Below are positions 45,821 to 52,166 of a stretch of DNA of 52,166 bases, one piece after another. Position 1 is the first letter of the stretch. The number at the start of each line of letters is the position of its first letter. Made by a program: the position numbers and the translations under genes. Origin of the DNA: a virus (lineage: Duplodnaviria; Caudoviricetes). Below the pieces are notes generated by a model that searched no databases, was not told the origin of the DNA, and worked only from the letters and a program-made list of their open reading frames with translations. Location of the stretch: IMG/VR virus record IMGVR_UViG_3300044274_000314, positions 1 to 52,166 of that record. The stretch is one strand, 5' to 3'.

Positions 45821-46472
45821 GACCACAGGCATCGAGGACGATGCAAAGGTGGTCGAGATCGCGGGCATCCCGCTGACGATCGAGCCGGGCATGACCAGGT
45901 TCCTGCGCGGCGCTCCGGTCGAGACGCTGGTCCACCCCGGCATCCCGATCCCTCCGACCGCGTCGGCGATCCATCACATCACGGACGCTGACGTTCGGAA
46001 CGCGCCGAGCTTCGAAGATGCCATCCATCTTTTCGAAGGTCATGACGTCTACGTCGCACACCACGCTGAGTTCGACCGAAAGCATGTCGGACGCCTTGGG
46101 GACAAATGGATCTGCACCCGCAAGTGCGCTTACGTCGAATGGGAGGACGCGCCCTCGTATGGCAACCAGGCGCTCTCCTACTGGCTCGGAACCCCTCGCC
46201 CGCCAGCAGGCTGCGGACACACCCACCGGGGCCTGTTCGACAGCTACACGACCCTCGGGATCTTCGAGCGGCTGCACGAAAGCGGCTGGACTATCGAACG
46301 GATGATCGAGGTGTCGAACAAGCCGACACTCCTCCGGTCCTTCAACTTCGGGAAACATGCAGGCAAGCCGATCGTGCAGGTGCCCCGCTCCTACATCCAA
46401 TGGATGGACGGGCAGCCCGACTGGGACCCGGACGTCCGGCACACGATCAACCACATCCTCGGAAGGAAATAG
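45795..46472 (+). CDS. DEDDh 3'-5' exonuclease, ExoX-like
   Basis: ILDTETTG, AIHHITD, VAHHAEFD, HRGLFD, C-terminal FGKH.G.....VP.SY..W. Confidence 0.92.
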   Translation: MNLMILDTETTGIEDDAKVVEIAGIPLTIEPGMTRFLRGAPVETLVHPGIPIPPTASAIHHITDADVRNAPSFEDAIHLFEGHDVYVAHHAEFDRKHVGRLGDKWICTRKCAYVEWEDAPSYGNQALSYWLGTPRPPAGCGHTHRGLFDSYTTLGIFERLHESGWTIERMIEVSNKPTLLRSFNFGKHAGKPIVQVPRSYIQWMDGQPDWDPDVRHTINHILGRK

Positions 46473-46474
46473 CC

Positions 46475-46822
46475 ATGAGCGAGACCAACGCTGACACCGC
46501 CCCCGCATTCGAAGGCTGGGCCATCCTTGAAATCATGGGCCATCGGACCCGACCCGGCTTCGTGCGCGAGGTCGAGATTGCGGGCGGGAAAATGCTCCGC
46601 GTCGATATCCCCACGGTCGATGGAGACATAACCGAGTTCTACACAGCTCAGTCGATCTACGCGCTTCGTCCTTGTTCGGAGGAGATCGCAAGGAATGCTG
46701 CTCAGGACCGCTGGGGTGCAATGCGCAAGCCGGTCAGGCCGGTCGATTATCGGGAGGAGGGTCCCGCCTCAATTGGGCACGATACCGATGACGATGACTT
46801 CGACGGCATGGGCGAGTTCTGA
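46475..46822 (+). CDS. Conserved-looking phage hypothetical protein
   Basis: WAILEIMGH....G.V.E....G..MLRVDIP; AAGGA RBS. Confidence 0.75.
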   Translation: MSETNADTAPAFEGWAILEIMGHRTRPGFVREVEIAGGKMLRVDIPTVDGDITEFYTAQSIYALRPCSEEIARNAAQDRWGAMRKPVRPVDYREEGPASIGHDTDDDDFDGMGEF

Positions 46823-47067
46823 TGACTTGCCAGCACGTCTCCCTCCCCGGCGGCGGCCACGCCATCGTCTGCGGCCCGACCCGGCGCTGCAAATGCGGGA
46901 ACAAGGCCGCCCGGCTCTGCGACTGGAAGGTGCCGACGAAGAAGTCCGGCACATGTGATGCACCTTTGTGCGCACGCTGCACTTCATCACCCGCCCCGGA
47001 CAAGGACCTGTGTCCAAAGCATGCTGCCGAATGGCAGCAGAGACAGGAAGCGAAAGTGAGCCAATGA
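46822..47067 (+). CDS. Cys-rich zinc-binding protein
   Basis: CKCG.....LCD........TCDAPLC..C........LCP.H. Confidence 0.75.
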   Translation: MTCQHVSLPGGGHAIVCGPTRRCKCGNKAARLCDWKVPTKKSGTCDAPLCARCTSSPAPDKDLCPKHAAEWQQRQEAKVSQ

Positions 47068-47660
47068 AAAACATCCACTATCACAGCGATAAAGCTGCAA
47101 GCCTTCGGACCGTCACCGGGTGGGTGTCCAGCGATGGCCGCTTCTATGGCAAGGACGAGCATCTGGCGCGATGGGCGGGCTGTACGCACAAGACCTGCGT
47201 GTGCGGGAAGATCACGAGCAAACACTATACGATCTGCGACAGTTGCCGAGAGGAGAAGCGGGCCGAACGTTACCGCGCGATGCCTGAAGGTAATCCGGGT
47301 GATGACATGGTCTATTCGGATTCCGGCCAGCGCTACTTCAACGACGTGGACGATGCGCTCGACTATGCCGCTGAAGAAGGCTGTTCGATTGCTGACCTTG
47401 ATCTGGTCTGCTGCGAACCGGCGTACATGAAAGGCATCGATTGGGAGCACTGGGAGGACGATCTTCCAGAGGACCGGATGCTCTCCGACTGCGCACCCAA
47501 GGCGATCATCGACAAGTTGGAGGAACTAAACACGCTGATCCGTGAGGCGAAGATAGTCCTCTCATGGTGGCCGGGAAAAGAACGCGTCTCCGACGAGATT
47601 GTCCTATCCCTGCAGGCCCAGCTCGATGGCGACCGGAAGGTTCTGGAGGGTTCTGATTGA
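47064..47660 (+). CDS. Hypothetical protein with Cys cluster
   Basis: TVTGWVS.DGRFYG.DE.LARW.GCTH..C.CG.......C..C. Confidence 0.75.
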   Translation: MKNIHYHSDKAASLRTVTGWVSSDGRFYGKDEHLARWAGCTHKTCVCGKITSKHYTICDSCREEKRAERYRAMPEGNPGDDMVYSDSGQRYFNDVDDALDYAAEEGCSIADLDLVCCEPAYMKGIDWEHWEDDLPEDRMLSDCAPKAIIDKLEELNTLIREAKIVLSWWPGKERVSDEIVLSLQAQLDGDRKVLEGSD

Positions 47661-48124
47661 TGCCCGCCCCCACCCGCTGCGTCGAATGCCCCTCCACTGA
47701 CTTCGAACTGGTCGGTGGGGAGGTCATCTACCCGCACCGCCCGGACCTTGCGTCGAAGAAATTCTGGCGCTGCAGCTGCGGCGCCTATTGCGGCTGCCAT
47801 CCGACGACGGAGGACCCGCTGGGTTTCCCGGCCGGCCCTCAGACCAGGAGCGCCCGGAGCCACGTTCACGCGAAGCTGGACCCGCTCTGGCAGGATGCGC
47901 CGTCGCTCTACAAGCCCGGCGGCAAGCTCAGCCCCAACCAGATCCGGTCGATGGCGCGCACCCGCGTCTACAAATACCTCGCCGACCGGATGGGGATCAC
48001 CAAGAAGGAATGCCACACCGGCATGTTCACCATCGAACAGTGCCGGCAGGCCTACCGCATACTGATGCACCTCTCCTACCGGGATGTGCGCAACTGGATT
48101 CACGAACAGAGGAGTGCTGCCTAA
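47660..48124 (+). CDS. DUF3268-like zinc-finger protein
   Basis: C..C......G..IYPHRPDL..K.FW.C.CGAY.GCH.....PLG. Confidence 0.85.
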   Translation: MPAPTRCVECPSTDFELVGGEVIYPHRPDLASKKFWRCSCGAYCGCHPTTEDPLGFPAGPQTRSARSHVHAKLDPLWQDAPSLYKPGGKLSPNQIRSMARTRVYKYLADRMGITKKECHTGMFTIEQCRQAYRILMHLSYRDVRNWIHEQRSAA

Positions 48125-48294
48125 TGGCCTGTGACTTTGATTATCACCGAGCGAACAAATGGCCGATCTATGACCGATACGGGATCTTCTACACGTATGT
48201 CTGCGACCGCTGCGAAGACGAGAAGCTCCCGCCGCATCAACGCCAGCACCTTGCCACATATGAGGCAGACGAACCGATCGAGGGCGCAGCATGA
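48124..48294 (+). CDS. Small hypothetical protein, 56 aa
   Basis: GAGGAG RBS; YD..GI....VC..C..EKL. Confidence 0.6.
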   Translation: MACDFDYHRANKWPIYDRYGIFYTYVCDRCEDEKLPPHQRQHLATYEADEPIEGAA

Positions 48295-48509
48295 TGGAAT
48301 CGAAAATGGACCCTAAGCGCATGGCGCTCATAGCGACCGCAATGGCAATGGCCGCTGCAGACGAAGCACCACCGAAAGAGCGAGAAATTGTTCGAGTAGG
48401 CAGGAAGTCCGCCACCCCCGCAGGCGATCCGAACGAGCCTGGCCTCACCCGCCAACAGCGCCGGTACCGCGAACGTCAGGCCGCTAAGGCCGGGAGGAGG
48501 AAGTCATGA
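48291..48509 (+). CDS. Hypothetical protein
   Basis: ATGA overlaps; TRQQRR basic tail. Confidence 0.6.
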   Translation: MMESKMDPKRMALIATAMAMAAADEAPPKEREIVRVGRKSATPAGDPNEPGLTRQQRRYRERQAAKAGRRKS

Positions 48510-48853
48510 ACCAGCAGGCAGACCAATGGGACGAGACCGTCCGCGGCAAGAAGATGTCGGACGTCACAGGTCGCACGATCTTCAAATACCAGATGCCCGT
48601 GAAAGAGCGCTTCAAGATGAAGCTGCCGGAAGGCGCGAATATCATCCGCATGGCAGACCAGGACGGCATGTTCTGGCTCTGGGCTGAGGTCCGCACCGAT
48701 GTACCGGACGAGGAGCGGACCTTCTGGGCATTCAAGTGCGGCGGCCAGATGCCGGACAATATCGAGCTGCAATACGTCGGCTTCTGCGCGGTGTTCGTGC
48801 AGATGGAGCTTGGCCTCTACATCTTCGAGGAAGTCGATGCCCGGCCTTACTGA
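48506..48853 (+). CDS. Conserved-looking phage hypothetical protein
   Basis: TIFKY.......LP.GA.I.....Q......WA.V; GGAGGA RBS. Confidence 0.7.
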   Translation: MNQQADQWDETVRGKKMSDVTGRTIFKYQMPVKERFKMKLPEGANIIRMADQDGMFWLWAEVRTDVPDEERTFWAFKCGGQMPDNIELQYVGFCAVFVQMELGLYIFEEVDARPY

Positions 48854-49490
48854 GCGCAAATACGGCACCCTGCCGACGAAGGTCGCTCACGTCCCCATGG
48901 ACGTGAAGGAGCTGATGTTCTGGCTCTACTGCCCGATCAAGGTGCCCGGTCTCGCCAACGCGATCCTGCCAGAAACCCTGCGCGTCTTTCAGCCGATGGT
49001 CGACGTGGTCGCCGAGACTGAAGATCGGTGGGCGGGGTCCTATGCCTACCTGACGGCCAAGCGCCTCTGGTGCGAGCCGGGCTGCATGGGCCAGCGTCCC
49101 GGCTGGCACTCGGACGGCTTCCTCACCGATGACGTGAACTACGTCTGGTACGACGCGGTGCCGACCGTCTTTTTCTACGATGGCAACCTGTACGCCTTCA
49201 CCGCAGACCACGCGGTCTCGCTCTATGAGATGGAGCACGTCTGCAGCTCGAATCCGATCGCGCACATGGCGCTTCTCAGCCAGAACGTCTTCCGCCTTGA
49301 TGAGCGCGTCCTCCACCGGCCGGCCACTGAGTTTCAGCCCTGCTTCCGGACCTTCGCCAAGATCAGCATCTCGTCGGAGCGCTACGCACACGAGGGCAAC
49401 GCAATCAATCACCACCTGGGAGACCTCTGGCCGAAGCACCCGCGCGGGGCAGGCCGGAACTGCCCGCAATCTGGGGGACAAGGATCATGA
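48837..49490 (+). CDS. 2OG-Fe(II) dioxygenase-like protein
   Basis: RPGWHSDG (HxD), distal LHR (His), RTF.KIS (Arg). Confidence 0.65.
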   Translation: MPGLTERKYGTLPTKVAHVPMDVKELMFWLYCPIKVPGLANAILPETLRVFQPMVDVVAETEDRWAGSYAYLTAKRLWCEPGCMGQRPGWHSDGFLTDDVNYVWYDAVPTVFFYDGNLYAFTADHAVSLYEMEHVCSSNPIAHMALLSQNVFRLDERVLHRPATEFQPCFRTFAKISISSERYAHEGNAINHHLGDLWPKHPRGAGRNCPQSGGQGS

Positions 49491-49633
49491 CCGACGATCG
49501 CAAGATAGCGAGGAGCGCATGCCGCAAATGCGGCGGGCCCCTCCAAACCCGGACGGGCGGCAAGTGGTGTGATCGCTGCGGGTATCAGTCCGGAGACCGA
49601 TCAGTTGGAAAACCATCGAGGAGGAAGTCATGA
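49487..49633 (+). CDS. 48-aa zinc-ribbon peptide, not in the ORF track
   Basis: Manual translation MTDDRKIARSACRKCGGPLQTRTGGKWCDRCGYQSG...; ATGA overlaps at both ends. Confidence 0.65.
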   Translation: MTDDRKIARSACRKCGGPLQTRTGGKWCDRCGYQSGDRSVGKPSRRKS

Positions 49634-50244
49634 CCACCCGCCCTATCATCTTCAGCACCGCGATGGTCCAGGCGCTGCTTGCCGGCCGGAAGACGCAGAC
49701 CCGCCGCCTCGGCACATCGCCGCTCCGGCATGTCGAGGTCGGGGACCTGCTATGGGTTCGAGAGGCATTCAAGCTGTCGGAGTCCGACGACGATTATAAA
49801 CCATCTGAGGTGTCTTCGGACCGGCCGGTGGACTATATGGCTGGCCCGGTCACGCTCCCGATCCTAACGGGACGCGGGCGACCATCCATCCACATGCCCC
49901 GCTGGGCCTCGCGCCTGACACTGAAGGTCACCCGCGTCCGGCATGACCGGCTTTTGATGCTGACCGACAACGATGCAGTTGCAGAGGGTATAATCGGCGA
50001 TGATGTGATCACCGGCGCCCACTGCAATGGCGGCGTACATCAGGAGGTCGTTGAACGGCGCTATTTCAATCCGGTCAGGACCGACGATCATGAGGGGCAC
50101 GAACACGCCCCGGACGCGTTCGCCGAACTCTGGAATGGTCTCCACGACAAGCCCGGCGAGCGCTGGGAGGACAATCCGATGATCGTGGCCCTGACGTTCG
50201 AAGTTCACCACTGCAACGTCGATCGGATGGTGGTCGCACCATGA
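49630..50244 (+). CDS. ASCH/PUA-like phage protein
   Basis: RPIIFS..MV.ALL.GRKTQTRR, GD.LWVRE, PSIHMPRWASRL.L.VT, A.AEG, W..NP. Confidence 0.85.
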   Translation: MTTRPIIFSTAMVQALLAGRKTQTRRLGTSPLRHVEVGDLLWVREAFKLSESDDDYKPSEVSSDRPVDYMAGPVTLPILTGRGRPSIHMPRWASRLTLKVTRVRHDRLLMLTDNDAVAEGIIGDDVITGAHCNGGVHQEVVERRYFNPVRTDDHEGHEHAPDAFAELWNGLHDKPGERWEDNPMIVALTFEVHHCNVDRMVVAP

Positions 50245-50456
50245 GCCGAATGACCACCATCACCGAGGACCAGGTTGCCCAGATCGCTGAAGCGCTCAGC
50301 GCGTGGCAGGCCACGTGGCTGGCACGCAATCCGGACCTCTCGCACATGAACGAGGAGGAGTTTCGTCGCGCTCGTCGGCAGGCATATGAGAAGGGCCTTC
50401 CCGCGCTGGAACTCCTGACCGAACTGCACTCGCAATGCTTCAGGGGGAAGGCATGA
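50241..50456 (+). CDS. Hypothetical protein
   Basis: ATGA overlaps. Confidence 0.55.
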   Translation: MSRMTTITEDQVAQIAEALSAWQATWLARNPDLSHMNEEEFRRARRQAYEKGLPALELLTELHSQCFRGKA

Positions 50457-50911
50457 TCCGCCAGAAGCAACTCATTCAGCACAATCCCGCCGCGGGCCAG
50501 TGGGGCGATTGCTTCCGGACATCGGTGGCGTGCCTGCTCGGTGTGCCTGCGGAGGAAGTCCCGCACATCGCGGACGGTGGCGGCTCGTGGCTCGACTCCG
50601 CCGTGCGCCGAAAGCTTCAGGCCTACCTGCGCCCCCGGAACCTGATGCTTGGCCGGATCGTCACCACCATGCAGGACGATACGACGCTCTTTTCCCACCT
50701 CGACTGGTGGTACCAGCAGAACCGCCATCTGGCGTGCCTCGTGACCGTGCAAAGCATCGGCTGCAATCATGTCGTCGTCTGCAAGAACCGGGAGGTCTTC
50801 TGCGACCCGCTCACCGGAAAGCCTGCGCGGGCGAGCACCTACTCACCGCCGATCGATGAGAGCCTTGGACTCCCCTACTGGGAGACATTCTTCCTGTGTT
50901 GGATTCCGTGA
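50453..50911 (+). CDS. Papain-fold (C39-like) hypothetical protein
   Basis: Q........GDC.R..VA.LL......VPH ... H.VV.......DP. Confidence 0.55.
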   Translation: MIRQKQLIQHNPAAGQWGDCFRTSVACLLGVPAEEVPHIADGGGSWLDSAVRRKLQAYLRPRNLMLGRIVTTMQDDTTLFSHLDWWYQQNRHLACLVTVQSIGCNHVVVCKNREVFCDPLTGKPARASTYSPPIDESLGLPYWETFFLCWIP

Positions 50912-51288
50912 TGACGACGCCACTAACCAGAGATGAGTTTGCCGAGCGCGTAGGTTTCCCATGGCGGAGCCTGCGAGACATTTGCCTTGAGAATGGCCTC
51001 GGGATGCGCCTGAATGGCCGCTGGTCCTTCGAGGCCGGGGATGTAGCCGCCGCCAAGGCGCTTCTGAGGAACGACCCATGCCGTATTATATCGAAAAGCG
51101 AGAGAACGGATTCTATCGACTTCGCGGGACTCACCACGGTGTCCCAGCTAAAGACCGAAGCCTTAGAACTCGTTCGGCAGAACAGGCAGAAGCGCTCAGG
51201 GAAGCAGCAGAGCGGAAGGTCTTCGAACAAGTCGTCCTCGGCAAAAGGCCCTCGCAGACCTTCGCGGAACTTGCAGTCGATTACCTGA
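50911..51288 (+). CDS. Excisionase-like HTH protein overlapping the integrase
   Basis: LT.DE.AE..G....LR......G.......RW.F...DV; directly before int. Confidence 0.6.
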   Translation: MTTPLTRDEFAERVGFPWRSLRDICLENGLGMRLNGRWSFEAGDVAAAKALLRNDPCRIISKSERTDSIDFAGLTTVSQLKTEALELVRQNRQKRSGKQQSGRSSNKSSSAKGPRRPSRNLQSIT

Positions 51289-52166
51289 AGGCCGGGCGGG
51301 ATCTTGGCCCGCGCGCTGAGGAGATCATCGCCGACCTCGCTGAAAAGGCGCTGGATGATATTTCGCCGGCTGATTGCGATCGGCTGGCAACACGCATCTA
51401 TCCGGACGCAAAAGCCTCCACGATCAACCGCAATATCATTTCCCCGGTGAGCGCGATCATGTGCTGGGCCGCTGCGGACAATCGCGTCGCGCTCCGGAAG
51501 TGGCCCCGGAAGCGTGAGCGCCAGGCCCGCACGGACTGGCGCAGGCCGTCAGCGATCGAGGATATCATCTCCTCGATCAAGAGCCCGCAAGGGCGAGGTA
51601 TGGCTGCCCTGCTCGTCGGGTGTGGGCTCCGCGTGTCCGAGGCTGTCTTCCTCGACGGTCGGGACATCGCCCCGGACCTGTCCCAGATCACCGTACAGGG
51701 CACAGCGTGGGACGATGACGAGGGAGCCGCGGAGAAGGGCTATGAGGGCACCAAGGGCTTCTACAGCCGCACCGTGCGCGTCCCTGCGCGTGCGCGTGAG
51801 CTCCTGGCCCCGGTGACCAGTCTCAAGCCTGGGCGCGCTCTGGTCAATTCCAGGGGCTACCCATGGGCCGACAGGAACGGTCCTCGCAAGATGCTGGAAA
51901 CCGCCTGCAGGAAATTGGAGGTCCCATCCCTCAGTCCGCACGTCCTGCGCCACACATGGGCGACCTGGCACTACGCAGTGAACAAGGATCGCCTCAAGCT
52001 GATGCAGGAAGGCGGCTGGACCGATGACGACCTGATAAAGCGCTATGTTCACCTTTCGGACGATGGTCTCGCCGACGAGGTGATCTCACGCGGTTGGGCA
52101 ATATCCGGGCAGCCGAAACCGGTCAAAAACGAAAAACCGAATGAAGACAGCGCACAATCTGCATAG
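51078..52166 (+). CDS. int: Tyrosine recombinase / integrase
   Basis: GLRVSE (Arg), TKG (Lys), HVLRHTWATW (HxxR), GGW, RYVH (Tyr); GAGGA RBS. Confidence 0.95.
   Translation: MPYYIEKRENGFYRLRGTHHGVPAKDRSLRTRSAEQAEALREAAERKVFEQVVLGKRPSQTFAELAVDYLKAGRDLGPRAEEIIADLAEKALDDISPADCDRLATRIYPDAKASTINRNIISPVSAIMCWAAADNRVALRKWPRKRERQARTDWRRPSAIEDIISSIKSPQGRGMAALLVGCGLRVSEAVFLDGRDIAPDLSQITVQGTAWDDDEGAAEKGYEGTKGFYSRTVRVPARARELLAPVTSLKPGRALVNSRGYPWADRNGPRKMLETACRKLEVPSLSPHVLRHTWATWHYAVNKDRLKLMQEGGWTDDDLIKRYVHLSDDGLADEVISRGWAISGQPKPVKNEKPNEDSAQSA

Larger units (their letters stand above)
1..52166. mobile_element. Temperate siphovirus-like prophage or phage genome, apparently near complete, alphaproteobacterial type
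   Basis: Lysis, tail, head, terminase, replication, cI/cro switch, recombination and integrase modules are all present in lambdoid order. att sites could not be identified because the window stops at the integrase stop codon. Confidence 0.97.

Noticed and set aside
52080-52166. Search for an att core or terminal repeat matching the window start
   Set aside because: No direct repeat shared with the left end was seen; flanking sequence is needed.

Overview
The whole window is one temperate, siphovirus-type (pro)phage genome of roughly 60-65% GC (estimated by eye). The host is probably an alphaproteobacterium, judged from GcrA-, GapR-, MmcB- and DUF6456-like genes and a GTA-type tail chaperone. 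From left to right it carries: a small accessory module (1-1.5 kb); a lysis region; tail, neck, head and packaging genes on the minus strand (1.6-30.6 kb); a late-control, replication and early minus-strand arm with iterons inside the initiator gene; a lambda-like cro/cI switch with 17-bp operators; and a plus-strand early arm (RecE/RecT-like, ExoX-like, 2OG-Fe(II) oxygenase-like, ASCH) ending in xis-like and integrase genes. Three features of the virion module stand out. (1) A translationally coupled cassette of two glycosyltransferase-like genes and a sugar acetyltransferase sits inside the head operon and is a candidate virion-glycosylation system. (2) An 838-aa neck protein has two tandem head-closure domains fused to a stalk of about 20 repeats and a tip domain. 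(3) The portal is fused through an acidic linker to a 2H-phosphoesterase (Acb1-like, anti-CBASS) domain. All family assignments come from motif recognition and gene order; no database search was run.
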